The notes under the pieces: generated by a model
The model's database searches: none
Told to the model about the DNA's origin: nothing
The model's input: only the letters and a program-made list of their open reading frames with translations
Translations under genes and position numbers: made by a program
Shown here: one piece after another, positions 28,903 through 38,705 of the stretch
Layout: each line of letters begins with the position of its first letter
How positions within the stretch are numbered: the stretch's first letter is position 1
Origin: Opitutia bacterium
GTDB taxonomy: Bacteria > Verrucomicrobiota > Verrucomicrobiia > Opitutales > UBA953
Length of the DNA stretch: 64,000 nucleotides
Assembly (NCBI GenBank): GCA_947470855.1
Contig: CANIUQ010000006.1
Location: 7,783 to 71,782 of the forward strand
Direction: 5' to 3'

Positions 28903-29601
28903 TTAACGATCCTCGGGGAAAATGGTCAGGAATACCCAGACTGCCGTTGCACCACCGAGAAGTTGGCAGGATAAATCCATGAGTGAGCGCAGAGAGAAGT
29001 GTGAGAAATAGGTGAATTCTTGCAGAAAGGCTTTAGCAACAGAGGTTTCACTCATGAAGGCACTAAAGAGCCCATAAGTGGATCCCGTAATCTGAACCGC
29101 TGGATTAAATGCCATATTCAGCGGGGCGAATATCGCCGAGAGACCTAACACGGTTAAGGCGATTGCGAGACCAAAATAACTGTTGCCCGCCGTTAATCGG
29201 GAAGTGGCGACCATTAAAATAACGAAAGCTAAAAGAAATGTACCTAAATATTCTCCAAAACAGCCCAGCCCAACTCCATCGTAAGCAGACTCACCCAAAG
29301 TGCTGATAATCTCGCGGGCGCGCTCTTCGCTATGTCCATGAATCAGCCCAGCAACCAAGGCAGCGAAGAGCGCGGCCGCTAATTGGACAGCAACGTAGCC
29401 CCAAGCTCGACGGCCAGTAATTCTTCCTCTAACCCAAATCGCAAAAGTAACAGCAGGATTATAGTGCGCACCCGAAACATTACCACCCATATAGATTAAA
29501 GCACACAAAATGGCGGCAACAGAAATGGGGGCCTGCGCTAAAATCGCCCCCAAGCAGAGGAAAAAAGTGCCGATAAATTCCACACTTAGTTTGGCGCGCA
29601 T
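28903..29601 (-). CDS. MIP-family channel (aquaporin-like) with non-canonical selectivity filter
   Basis: 232 aa. The first NPA lies in SGAHYNPAVT. The second NPA lies in AFNPAVQ, which reads TTT AAT CCA GCG GTT CAG on the minus strand at 29109-29092. The Arg that normally follows the second NPA is Val here. Confidence 0.85.
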   Translation of the reverse strand: MRAKLSVEFIGTFFLCLGAILAQAPISVAAILCALIYMGGNVSGAHYNPAVTFAIWVRGRITGRRAWGYVAVQLAAALFAALVAGLIHGHSEERAREIISTLGESAYDGVGLGCFGEYLGTFLLAFVILMVATSRLTAGNSYFGLAIALTVLGLSAIFAPLNMAFNPAVQITGSTYGLFSAFMSETSVAKAFLQEFTYFSHFSLRSLMDLSCQLLGGATAVWVFLTIFPEDR

Positions 29602-29757
29602 AAAAGAAATATCGTGAATGCGAAAATAATCTCAAGCCCCGAGTGAGTAATGGCTGATAAATAAATTGAGATAATCTCTTTAGGCAATGAAGCCCAAAGG
29701 GCGTGAGTTGATAAGCACCACCTTAGTACACTTGCTTGCCAATGCATTCTCTCACCT

Positions 29758-30219
29758 ATGAATCACTACACCCTCCTCCTCGCTATCACTTTGTGTGGTA
29801 GCAGTCTTCTCGCCAAACCAACGGACGCTCGTCTCGCCTCGCCCGAGACTGGGTCATCGAATGATACGCCTCACGCCAAACTCGTGGAAGCTCGTCGCAA
29901 AGTAAACGACTTGCCCGAAGTGCAAAGCGCCCAAGCTCAAGCGAAGGCAGATCGAGCTCTCGCTGTAAAAACCGCAGCGGAATATAAACAAGCGCGGGCC
30001 AAGGCCTCTGAATCCGAATCAATCTATCGGAAGCTTTTTGAAGAAAATCTAACTAAACTGGACCCAGAAGCCGCCGCCATCCAATTACAAGAACGCCAAG
30101 CGTTTCGTGAGAAGATGGTCAAAGCTCGGGCGCTTAAAAAATCAACGGGGCAGAAATCCCTGAACCCTGAATCGGTTGCTAAAGTCGATGACGATGACGA
30201 TGATGCTGTGGATGAATAA
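29758..30219 (+). CDS. hypothetical secreted helical protein with poly-Asp C-terminus
   Basis: 153 aa. It has a signal peptide (LLLAITLCGSSLLAKP), a Lys/Glu/Ala-rich helical body and a tail ending VDDDDDDAVDE. Confidence 0.5.
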   Translation: MNHYTLLLAITLCGSSLLAKPTDARLASPETGSSNDTPHAKLVEARRKVNDLPEVQSAQAQAKADRALAVKTAAEYKQARAKASESESIYRKLFEENLTKLDPEAAAIQLQERQAFREKMVKARALKKSTGQKSLNPESVAKVDDDDDDAVDE

Positions 30220-30240
30220 CTCACAGTAAATCATCCTTCC

Positions 30241-30268
30241 AACCCGCCGTAACTGGCGGGTTTTTTAT
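30241..30268. terminator. bidirectional rho-independent terminator between convergent genes
   Basis: AACCCGCC-gtaact-GGCGGGTTTTTTATTTT has its stem at 30243-30248 / 30255-30260. There is an A-run/T-run on either side, and it overlaps the stop of the 30265-31728 gene. Confidence 0.8.
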
Positions 30269-31728
30269 TTTAGGGCTTGGGTGAATGCCTCCCAAATTTC
30301 TTCAATGGGCTCCAGCCCCACTGAAATGCGTAAAAGATCTGGATCAAGTCCCGCGGCACGAATACTCGCCCGACCTTCGGGCGAAGTCACTTCCGTGAAA
30401 TGTGCGAGCCACAAAAAAGGCGCAACGATGGTGAAGACTAAACCAAAACTAGGTCCTTTAACGACAGCTAAGCGGTCATAGACGTCGCGCATGTCTTTCG
30501 TTAACTCGATGGTGATTAAGCACCCGGCCCCCGCGGACAAACGTTGCAATGCTCTAAAATTTTTCGCCGTGCGTACTGTGTCAGCCGTACGCACTTGGGC
30601 AACCGCTGGATGCTGAGCCAATCGCTGCGCGAGCTCTTTCGCTTGTTGCGAGAGACGAAGACTAACGTCCTCTAATTGAGAAATCTGCTTCACTAAAACC
30701 ATCGCATCTAAAGCATGCAAAGGTTCACTTTCCTTTTTTACTACCGCCAGCATTTCGGTTGCATTTTCTCGTTGTGGATTAACCACGCACAGCCCAGCCA
30801 TCACATCCCCTTCGCTCGCGGCATACTTAGTTAAACTACAACAAACTAAATCGGCATAAGGCAAAGGATTGAGAATGGCCAATCCTACAGAACTGGGGTC
30901 TAAAATTAATTTCGCTCCATAACGATCACAGAGTTTTCGCAAGGCGGGGATATCCGCCATTTCCAATTGCGGGTTATTAGGAACCTCGGTCAACACTCCC
31001 GCCACATCACCCCGAGCGAGAAGTCTTTCTACCTCAGCAAGGTTCGTAATATCAGCAACAAATTCATGCCTCGTTGTTTTCGCTTTCTCTAAAAGACGAA
31101 TGGAATCCACGTAAAGCCATCCCAGTTGAATCCAAACTTTTTTGCCTCGAGGCTGTTGTATGGTATTTACCGCAGCCATTGCCGCCGCGACTGCATTCAT
31201 ACCTGAAAGAGTGAGCACGAGATCTGCCGCGGGAACGCCAGCAAAATAGGGAGCACAGGCTTGCCTAATTTTTTCCCGAGCCTGTTCACCTTCCGTTGGA
31301 TTGCTTTTTTTCTTCTGCAAATAAGCTTCCGCCTGACGGGATGAAATCGACACACCCGTATGCTGTACCCATTTAGAAAAACGTTCAGCGACATCGCCTT
31401 TCTCCGTCGAAACCAGAACCCAATCACCCACTTGATCAATCGTTGCCTCTTTGGCATCCGACCAAGCGATGATTTTTTGGGCTGCCGATAAAGAGACGAG
31501 GGGAAATAACTCTCCCGTTCGATGAAAACTTTCTGCCGCCTTCTTTGCGGCTTCAGCCACCCAGGGATGTCGAACAAATCGCGGGTAACCTCCAACGATG
31601 TGCTGCCATACTCGAAGCTCTTTCCGCTCATAACTTTCCACATCCGCTAAGGTCGGTAAAGAAACCACCGTCGCATGAGGCGATGCGGGCATCAGGGCGC
31701 CCAAAGGAGGACTAGACAATCCAGACAT
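30265..31728 (-). CDS. PLP-dependent enzyme, Cys/Met-metabolism (trans-sulfuration) family-like, atypically long
   Basis: The start is placed at ATG 31728, which shares one nucleotide with the lysA stop (TAATG). It has the candidate PLP-lysine context SLTKYAASEGD, an SGMNA segment and a YPRF segment. At 487 aa it is longer than the roughly 380-400 aa usual for this family. Confidence 0.6.
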   Translation of the reverse strand: MSGLSSPPLGALMPASPHATVVSLPTLADVESYERKELRVWQHIVGGYPRFVRHPWVAEAAKKAAESFHRTGELFPLVSLSAAQKIIAWSDAKEATIDQVGDWVLVSTEKGDVAERFSKWVQHTGVSISSRQAEAYLQKKKSNPTEGEQAREKIRQACAPYFAGVPAADLVLTLSGMNAVAAAMAAVNTIQQPRGKKVWIQLGWLYVDSIRLLEKAKTTRHEFVADITNLAEVERLLARGDVAGVLTEVPNNPQLEMADIPALRKLCDRYGAKLILDPSSVGLAILNPLPYADLVCCSLTKYAASEGDVMAGLCVVNPQRENATEMLAVVKKESEPLHALDAMVLVKQISQLEDVSLRLSQQAKELAQRLAQHPAVAQVRTADTVRTAKNFRALQRLSAGAGCLITIELTKDMRDVYDRLAVVKGPSFGLVFTIVAPFLWLAHFTEVTSPEGRASIRAAGLDPDLLRISVGLEPIEEIWEAFTQALK

Positions 31729-32981
31729 TATCCTTGAGCGGGTGACTCGTTTTGAATGATTTGCTCCAGCGTTTGCCGACGGCGAATCAATTTCGCTTGG
31801 CCGCTGGTTTGCCACAAGACTTCGGGCGCTTCAGGGAATGAATTATAATTCTTCGTGCTCATTCCTGCACAATAAGCCCCTGCTCCACCGATGACGCATA
31901 AATCTCCTACCTGTGCCTCAGGTAAATCGCGCGTCGCTAAAGTCTCAGGCTCACCTGGAGCACAACTAATCAAATCGCCCGACTCACAGCAGTGCCCGAC
32001 AATCACATAATTTTTCCGCTTCGTCGTCGGATTTTCGGGATAGAGATAAACGGGGTGTTGAGATCCATAGAGTGAAGGACGAAGGATTTCCGTCATTCCC
32101 GAATCTAATTTAATAAAATCTCTCAAGCCCGTGGAAACAATATCTTGTACGCGACAGAGAACGGCGCCGGCATTGGCTACCAAAAATGTTCCTGGCTCAA
32201 TTTCGAGATGCAATTTTCTGCCTTCGGTTTGCGCAAATTGGATAAAGGCCTCACGCACCGGAGCACCGATGATTTGTGGGTCGGTCCCTTTTTCAGCTAC
32301 CACTCGTGCAACTTTATAGCCTCCACCTAAATTCAATGAGGTGGCGGAGGGAAACTGCCGAACTAATGCCAAGCTCGACGCGGAGACTTCTTGCCAAACG
32401 GCTGGATTACTACCCGAGCCAATATGGGTATGGATACGAACAACGTTGAGGCGGTATTGGGCAACCAACGCCTTCACCCGATCAACCCATTCATGCCAAA
32501 TACCAAAAGAGGAATCAGGTCCACCGACATTGGTCTTACCCGTGCCACCCGATCCTTTTCCTGGGTTAAATCGAACTCCAACGGAATGGCCTGGTAGCGC
32601 TTTCCCGATGCGTTCGAGTTGTAAAAGAGAACACGCATTAACTTGTGTACCTAAACGCAATAAATCGACAAAGTCATCGGGGAGTTCTTGCGAAGAAAGC
32701 GAAATGCGTTCGGCAGGAATCCCTGCCTGAATCGCGCGTCGCACTTCCCAGCCTGAACTTGCATCAAAATGTAAGCCCTTCGCGGCAAACAAACGAAGAA
32801 TCGATGCATTCGGGCAGGCCTTCATGGCAAAACGAACGGTTAGTCCATAGGCATTAGGGAATGCCAACATCGCCTCGGCCTGTTTTAAAAGAGCGCCTTC
32901 GTCATAGACGTAGCAAGGGGTGCCTTGATCCTGAGCGATGAGGCGAGCAGAGGTGGGATTTAAAAATGGGTGTAGTTCCAC
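31728..32981 (-). CDS. lysA: diaminopimelate decarboxylase
   Basis: 417 aa fold-type III PLP decarboxylase with the blocks [29 protein letters not shown] and GHCCESGD. Confidence 0.92.
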   Translation of the reverse strand: MELHPFLNPTSARLIAQDQGTPCYVYDEGALLKQAEAMLAFPNAYGLTVRFAMKACPNASILRLFAAKGLHFDASSGWEVRRAIQAGIPAERISLSSQELPDDFVDLLRLGTQVNACSLLQLERIGKALPGHSVGVRFNPGKGSGGTGKTNVGGPDSSFGIWHEWVDRVKALVAQYRLNVVRIHTHIGSGSNPAVWQEVSASSLALVRQFPSATSLNLGGGYKVARVVAEKGTDPQIIGAPVREAFIQFAQTEGRKLHLEIEPGTFLVANAGAVLCRVQDIVSTGLRDFIKLDSGMTEILRPSLYGSQHPVYLYPENPTTKRKNYVIVGHCCESGDLISCAPGEPETLATRDLPEAQVGDLCVIGGAGAYCAGMSTKNYNSFPEAPEVLWQTSGQAKLIRRRQTLEQIIQNESPAQG

Positions 32982-33093
32982 GGTTGTATGAGGTCGAACT
33001 TTGCCATACCTGCTCTGTCATTCCAGCCTTTTCAATTTTATGACACCGCTTGCCACCCTGCCCTGACCTCTATTGAACTGAGAATCACGCTAA

Positions 33094-34452
33094 ATGTCCT
33101 CTTTGGAAACCATCGTTGCCACTTCAACCCCCGCCGGGAGGTCCGCCCTTGCCATTATCCGCATTGATGGACCTTTAGCCGGAGAAATAGCTCAGAAAGC
33201 CCTGCATCGAAAAACCATATTGACGGAGAGAAAGGCCACGATGGGCATTTGGCGTGATGTCCATGGCGAACCAGTGGATCAAATCGTCGCCGTTCTTTGG
33301 CGCACACCACAGTCTTTCACAGGTCAAGATACTCTTGAAATTACCTGCCATGGAAATCCCCTTTTGGTTCATCGGCTCATCGAAGATTGTTTTGCACGCG
33401 GATGCCATTTAGCCGAACCCGGTGAATTTACTCGGCGAGCCTTCCTCTCTGGAAAAATCGACCTAACGCAAGCGGAAGCTATCGCTGATCTCATTCATGC
33501 ACAGTCCGAACGCGCTCTGTCATCTGCACGTCGTTTATTAGCAGGAGAGTTGGGCAAACTCGTCGCTCATTGGACTGATCGCCTTCTGCAAACGTTGGCC
33601 GTTTTAGAAGCGCACATTGATTTCCCTGAAGAAGATTTGCCGCCAGAAGACCCCTCGGGACCCCTGTTTTTATTGAATCAAATTGCGTCAGAACTTTCTG
33701 GATACGCCGACACCGCTCGCCACGAAGTAACTTTGAAAGAAGGCCTTCGCCTAGCCATTGTGGGAGCACCGAATGCGGGCAAATCCAGTTTGCTTAACGT
33801 TCTCAGTGGATCATCGCGCGCACTCGTTAGCGAAGAAGCAGGCACCACGCGCGATTACCTAGAGGCGCCGGTTTTGGGTTTGCCTTTAACGATTACGGCC
33901 GTCGACACAGCTGGGCTCCGAGAAGAAGGAAGTGTGTTAGAAAAAGCGGGCATGGCACGATCACTAGAACAAGCTCGTGCGGCCCATTTTATTCTTTTGG
34001 TGGTGGACACTTCCGCGGCACCACCTGCCCTGCCCTCCGAATTACTCAACTGTCTACAGCCTCAACGCACTCTACTTTTAGCAAACAAGTCGGATCTTCC
34101 TGTCCATCCCGACTTCGCAAAATTCTTACCCGAAATCCAACGCATCCAAACCTGCCTGCTCGATAATCGGGATGCCGAAAAACTCCGCTCACAACTCGGC
34201 CAGATCTTTGTCGAACGCGAGATTGCCCCAGGGGCAGACGATTTAGTGGTTGGAACCCGTCAAGCGGAGGCCCTCAAGCAGGCCGCGGAGGCCCTCAAAC
34301 AGGCGGCTCGACACCTTCACCCCCCTGCTCAGACCGAGTTGGCGGCCACCCAATGCCGTCTGGCGCTAGATTTTTTAGGAGAAATCATCGGACGTATCGA
34401 CAACGAGCGGATGCTCGACAAGTTGTTTGCTTCCTTCTGCATAGGTAAATGA
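33094..34452 (+). CDS. mnmE: tRNA modification GTPase MnmE
   Basis: 452 aa. It has the N-terminal [10 protein letters not shown]...ALAIIRIDG block, a G domain ([20 protein letters not shown]) and the C-terminal FCIGK motif. Confidence 0.95.
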   Translation: MSSLETIVATSTPAGRSALAIIRIDGPLAGEIAQKALHRKTILTERKATMGIWRDVHGEPVDQIVAVLWRTPQSFTGQDTLEITCHGNPLLVHRLIEDCFARGCHLAEPGEFTRRAFLSGKIDLTQAEAIADLIHAQSERALSSARRLLAGELGKLVAHWTDRLLQTLAVLEAHIDFPEEDLPPEDPSGPLFLLNQIASELSGYADTARHEVTLKEGLRLAIVGAPNAGKSSLLNVLSGSSRALVSEEAGTTRDYLEAPVLGLPLTITAVDTAGLREEGSVLEKAGMARSLEQARAAHFILLVVDTSAAPPALPSELLNCLQPQRTLLLANKSDLPVHPDFAKFLPEIQRIQTCLLDNRDAEKLRSQLGQIFVEREIAPGADDLVVGTRQAEALKQAAEALKQAARHLHPPAQTELAATQCRLALDFLGEIIGRIDNERMLDKLFASFCIGK

Positions 34453-34477
34453 TTCCCTCTGCCAGGAGGGACATCCT

Positions 34478-36361
34478 ATGCACCCAGCCAAAGAAATCCG
34501 CCTCGGCCCCGGCCGCCCTTACGACGTCATCGTCTGTGGGGCCGGCCATGCAGGCGTTGAAGCCGCTTTAGCCGCCGCCCGTATGGGGGTCGATGTTCTG
34601 TTGCTTAGCGGAAATATCGATACCATCGCACAAATGAGCTGTAATCCAGCCATTGGCGGACAAGCTAAGGGTCACATTGTACGTGAAATCGATGCTCTTG
34701 GTGGTGAAATGGGAATCACCGCCGATGTAACTGGTATTCAATTCCGCCTGCTTAACGCCTCCAAAGGCCCCGCCGTACAGGCACCCCGAGCTCAGTGCGA
34801 CAAAAAGGCTTATCAGTTCAGAATGAAGCACCGGTGCGAACACCAAAAGGGCCTGACTATCTTCCAAGCCTTGGTCACCGGACTCATCTTTGAAAAAGGT
34901 AAAGTCGTTGGAGTCCAAACCAACCTTGATCTCTCTTTTTACGCTCAATCTGTTGTCGTTACAACGGGCACTTTTTTGCGAGGTTTAATGCACATCGGCT
35001 CGAATAAAACCGAGGGAGGAAGACTTGGCGACTTTAGTGCTAAGTCGTTATCCAATAGTTTCTTAGATGCAGGTATCGAACTGCAAAGGCTCAAAACAGG
35101 CACCCCCCCGCGCATCCTCGGTTCATCGATTGATTTCTCCAAATGCGAGGAGCAGCCAGGAGACCCCAACCCCACCCTCTTTGCCTTCCACGATACGCGA
35201 CAAGAAGAGGATATGTTCCACGTGGAACATCCTGGAGAAAGGCTACCCGGCTGGGTGCCTGGATCCAATCAAGTCTCCTGCTGGATGACTGAAGCAACCG
35301 GAACGACTGGTAAAATCGTCCAAGACAATCTCCACCGCTCTCCCCTCTATGGAGGGGAAATCACTGGCGTTGGCCCGCGCTACTGCCCTTCCATTGAGGA
35401 CAAATTTGTAAAGTTTTCCGACAAAGAAAGCCACAAGCTCTTTTTAGAACCAGAAGGCCGCCATACCAATGAATGGTATATAAACGGACTTTCCACCTCC
35501 CTGCCCTTTGAAGTTCAGCTCGAAATGCTACATTCGATCCGCGGATTGGAAAAAGCGGTGATGCTAAGGCCTGCCTATGCCGTTGAGTATGATTTTGCCC
35601 CTCCTACTCAGTTATATCCCACCCTTGAATCCAAAAAGGTCGAAGGACTGTTCTTTGCTGGGCAAATCAATGGGACCTCGGGTTATGAAGAAGCTGCCGC
35701 CCAAGGTTTAGTCGCAGGAGTTAATGCAGCCGCGATGTGTAAAGGATTGACCCCCATGGTGATAGGACGCGATGAAGCCTATATCGGCGTGCTCATCGAT
35801 GATCTGGTTACCAAAGGCACTCAAGAGCCTTATCGGATGTTTACCAGCCGCGCGGAATATCGATTACTGTTTAATCATGGAAGCGCCGAAAATCGATTGG
35901 CTTCAAAAGTATCTAATTATCAATTAGTTCCGAAAGAAAGACTGTCTAGAATCAACCAAAAAATCGGCCAGATTAACCATTGGGTCGAATACCTAGATAA
36001 AATAACCATCACTGGTGGCATTGCGGGAGATGTTTTACGAAGAAACATGGATCAGGTTCCCGCAGATCTGCCAGCAAGCTTTGTAAGCGAATCCCCAGAG
36101 GTACAAGCTGAAGTCATGTACCGTGTTCGCTACAAGGGATACCTCGAGCGCGAAATTCGCTCAGCCAAGAAACTCCGCGATTTGGATAATTTTAAAGTCC
36201 CAGAAGGCTTCGATTTCATGAAAGCTTACGGGCTAAGCATCGAGGCTCGGCAGAAATTAGCTTCAATCAAGCCCACCAACCTCGGACAAGCGAGCAGGGT
36301 AAGCGGGGTCAACCCAGCCGACCTATCGCTGCTAATGGTTTTATTCCGAGCCCAAGGTTAA
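34478..36361 (+). CDS. mnmG: tRNA uridine 5-carboxymethylaminomethyl modification enzyme MnmG (GidA)
   Basis: 627 aa. It has the FAD motif [16 protein letters not shown] and the blocks [36 protein letters not shown] and TSRAEYRLL. Confidence 0.96.
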   Translation: MHPAKEIRLGPGRPYDVIVCGAGHAGVEAALAAARMGVDVLLLSGNIDTIAQMSCNPAIGGQAKGHIVREIDALGGEMGITADVTGIQFRLLNASKGPAVQAPRAQCDKKAYQFRMKHRCEHQKGLTIFQALVTGLIFEKGKVVGVQTNLDLSFYAQSVVVTTGTFLRGLMHIGSNKTEGGRLGDFSAKSLSNSFLDAGIELQRLKTGTPPRILGSSIDFSKCEEQPGDPNPTLFAFHDTRQEEDMFHVEHPGERLPGWVPGSNQVSCWMTEATGTTGKIVQDNLHRSPLYGGEITGVGPRYCPSIEDKFVKFSDKESHKLFLEPEGRHTNEWYINGLSTSLPFEVQLEMLHSIRGLEKAVMLRPAYAVEYDFAPPTQLYPTLESKKVEGLFFAGQINGTSGYEEAAAQGLVAGVNAAAMCKGLTPMVIGRDEAYIGVLIDDLVTKGTQEPYRMFTSRAEYRLLFNHGSAENRLASKVSNYQLVPKERLSRINQKIGQINHWVEYLDKITITGGIAGDVLRRNMDQVPADLPASFVSESPEVQAEVMYRVRYKGYLEREIRSAKKLRDLDNFKVPEGFDFMKAYGLSIEARQKLASIKPTNLGQASRVSGVNPADLSLLMVLFRAQG

Positions 36362-36387
36362 AGCAATCATGGGCTAGAGCAGGGCAG

Positions 36388-36403
36388 TGTTCCACGTGGA
36401 ACA
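36388..36403. promoter_or_regulatory. perfect 16-bp palindrome TGTTCCACGTGGAACA (candidate operator)
   Basis: The sequence is self-complementary across all 16 nt. It lies 27 nt after the mnmG stop and about 165 nt before the response-regulator start. No T-run follows it, so it is a poor intrinsic terminator. Confidence 0.35.
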
Positions 36404-36566
36404 ACCCTTGTAACACTTAGGCTTTCGTTGTGAAACAATCAGGTTAATTGCTTTTGTAAGAAGTTGAACAATAATAACTTAAGGCTTTAATTCTGTGCCG
36501 TAACCCTTTCGTCTTAAATGTCATGAAACTCTGGCGCTCCGCTAAAATCTGCTTCAAGTTTAGGCA

Positions 36567-37271
36567 ATGCCGAATCAAGAAAACGATTTATTAAAGCGCA
36601 TTCTCGTTGTTGATGACGAAAAGGATGTCACGGAGTTATTAGACTACAAATTTAGACAAGCAGGCTACTCGGTTCGGGCACTCAATGACCCTCTGCGTGC
36701 CATCGGTTTAGCCAGAGATTTTCGTCCTGATTTAATTCTTCTGGATTTAATGATGCCAGAACTAACAGGCATTCAACTTCTCCGGATGATTCGATCCGAC
36801 GCCTTGCTACAAGATACGCCTGTCATTCTTCTCACCGCCAAAGGGGAGACGGTAGATAAAGTCAGAGGACTAGAAACGGGAGCCGATGATTATGTGACTA
36901 AGCCTTTTGATGCACGCGAATTGTTACTCCGTGTGCAGGCTCTACTGCGCCGTGCTAAATCGGCGGCAGCGAAACCCTCGACGCGTCTAGTGGCTGGCGA
37001 CTTACTATTAGACATTGAAAGACATCAAGTGACCTCGAGCGGAAAAGAAATCGATCTAACGGCAACTGAATTTAAATTGTTACGCCTGTTACTAGAACGC
37101 AAAGGTCGTGTTCAAACTCGCGAAGAGTTACTCGCTGATGTTTGGAATTATTCACCTGACTTAGAAACTCGTACGGTCGACACCCACGTTCGTCGTCTAA
37201 GAGAAAAATTAGGTGCGAGCGGAGAAGTCATCGAAACCATACGAGGCGTCGGATATCGTGTCTCTGGCTAA
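36567..37271 (+). CDS. OmpR/PhoB-family response regulator
   Basis: 234 aa. It has a receiver domain (VVDDEKD...LILLDLMMPE...LTAKG) and a winged-helix output domain (LTATEFKLLRLL...VDTHVRRLREKL...IETIRGVGYRV). Confidence 0.9.
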   Translation: MPNQENDLLKRILVVDDEKDVTELLDYKFRQAGYSVRALNDPLRAIGLARDFRPDLILLDLMMPELTGIQLLRMIRSDALLQDTPVILLTAKGETVDKVRGLETGADDYVTKPFDARELLLRVQALLRRAKSAAAKPSTRLVAGDLLLDIERHQVTSSGKEIDLTATEFKLLRLLLERKGRVQTREELLADVWNYSPDLETRTVDTHVRRLREKLGASGEVIETIRGVGYRVSG

Positions 37272-37318
37272 TCGATTTACACTCGCTCGCTCGCTAGGAA
37301 TCGACAGGCTTCTCTTTA

Positions 37319-38566
37319 ATGATGGACTGGCTTCTCTTTATCATATCTGCGGCAATCATCATTGCCATTGTAGGAGCGGTCATGAATTTACGGACCTCCA
37401 TCTGGCAGGCCCGACAAGCTATTCTACGCGGCGAAACCGAAACACGCCCTCATGACTGGCTGGCTCGTTGGTTTGGTTTGGCTGATTTGTTTAAAGCCAT
37501 CGAGGGGCGTTCCTTAACCCAAGAAGAGATCGGCTCGGCTGCGACCAAACGAATTACCACTCTCCTCGAACCGTTGACCGATGCCGTTTTGGTTATCGAT
37601 GCAAAAGACGCTCTTCGCGTCGCCAATCCTGCAGCGAAAATTCTTTTTTCTATCGGCGATGATGACATGGGTGGATCATTTGTCCCACTCGTTCACAGTG
37701 CTGATTTTATTGAATTAGTTCGCCGCGTTAGAAATGAGGGTGGGGCAGGGGCGACCATTCTTCTCCATCGTGCACCGTTGGCTGATGCCTGGATTCAAGC
37801 GGCGGGAGCACGAACAGACCCTGAAGCTTTTGGCGAGGGAGCCGTGATTTTTGTGCTCACCGAAGTCACCGCCTTGAAGCGCTTGCAGGCGATGGAGCGT
37901 GAATTCGTAACCAATGTTTCTCACGACCTTCGCACGCCCATCACTATTTTACGTGGCTATGCTGAAACCTTAGCCGATGACTTTGAAAAAATGAGTTCGT
38001 CGGATCGCGAACGGTTTTTACAAAAAATCGTTTCCTCCGTGGGACGGCTACAGAGTCTCGTTGAAGGACTTCTAGCTTTAGCCAGTTTAGAGAGCCATTC
38101 GGAGCCGATCAAAAGAGAAGCCCGCGCCGTTCATCGAGCCTGCCGAGAAGCGGTTGAAGAATTTTCTGCACGCTGTCGTGCCGCTAACGTAAAATTGGAA
38201 CTCGATCTGGGTGCTGAAGAAAACGCGGGGGCCGACCCCGTTCAGGCACGTCGCCTCTTACAAAATTTAATTGATAATGCTTTGGCACATGCAGCGGGAG
38301 CAACCCGCATTATGATACGTACCGCATCTTCGCCGACGGGCGTGATTTTAACAGTGGAAGACGATGGAGTTGGCGTCGCCCCGCAAGAACTCTCACGCTT
38401 ATTTGATCGCTTTTACCGCACCGACAAATCGAGAAGGGCAGGGGGTAGTGGCTTAGGACTGAGTATCGTGCGCCAAGTTGCTGAATTGCATGGCGGTGCA
38501 GTATCCGCCGAAAACATCAGCCCACACGGGTTGCGCGTTCAGGTCGTCCTTCCCCAAGATAAATAA
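37319..38566 (+). CDS. sensor histidine kinase (PhoR-like architecture)
   Basis: 415 aa. It has an N-terminal TM, a PAS-like segment, the H-box FVTNVSHDLRTPIT, the N-box LQNLIDNALAH, G1 VEDDGVGV and G2 GGSGLGLSIV. Confidence 0.88.
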   Translation: MMDWLLFIISAAIIIAIVGAVMNLRTSIWQARQAILRGETETRPHDWLARWFGLADLFKAIEGRSLTQEEIGSAATKRITTLLEPLTDAVLVIDAKDALRVANPAAKILFSIGDDDMGGSFVPLVHSADFIELVRRVRNEGGAGATILLHRAPLADAWIQAAGARTDPEAFGEGAVIFVLTEVTALKRLQAMEREFVTNVSHDLRTPITILRGYAETLADDFEKMSSSDRERFLQKIVSSVGRLQSLVEGLLALASLESHSEPIKREARAVHRACREAVEEFSARCRAANVKLELDLGAEENAGADPVQARRLLQNLIDNALAHAAGATRIMIRTASSPTGVILTVEDDGVGVAPQELSRLFDRFYRTDKSRRAGGSGLGLSIVRQVAELHGGAVSAENISPHGLRVQVVLPQDK

Positions 38567-38596
38567 AATAACCCACTCGTAAGTGGGTTATTTAGT
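38561..38596. terminator. bidirectional hairpin terminator between the kinase gene and tRNA-Gly
   Basis: AATAACCCACT-cgta-AGTGGGTTATT forms an 11-bp stem at 38567-38592. The minus-strand reading is followed by TTATTT, the plus-strand reading by TAGT. Confidence 0.7.
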
Positions 38597-38600
38597 AAAG

Positions 38601-38675
38601 TGGAGCGCGCGACTGGACTTGAACCAGCAACAGCCACCTTGGCAAGGTGGTACTCTACCATTGAGCTACACGCGC
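38601..38675 (-). tRNA. tRNA-Gly (anticodon GCC)
   Basis: The reverse complement is GCGCGTGTAGCTCAATGGTAGAGTACCACCTTGCCAAGGTGGCTGTTGCTGGTTCAAGTCCAGTCGCGCGCTCCA (75 nt). It folds as a cloverleaf with a 7-bp acceptor stem, anticodon stem CCACC/GGTGG, anticodon loop TTGCCAA, T-loop TTCAAGT, a U73 discriminator and an encoded CCA. Confidence 0.95.
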
Positions 38676-38705
38676 TTTCGGACGGTTAGCACACGCCTCC
38701 GAGCT

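Noticed and set aside
29602-29757. GATAA-rich words (TGATAAATAAATTGAGATAATC) as a Fur box in the MIP / secreted-protein divergent spacer
   Set aside because: The alignment to the 19-bp Fur consensus is poor and there are no iron-related genes adjacent.
32982-33093. Possible lysine riboswitch upstream of lysA
   Set aside because: The spacer is only 112 nt and is shared with the divergent mnmE promoter. That is too short for an L-box, and I saw no conserved L-box helices.
38601-38705. tRNA-Gly as a possible genomic-island integration site
   Set aside because: There is no integrase or recombinase gene and no direct repeat of the tRNA 3' end nearby. The flanking genes are ordinary chromosomal genes.
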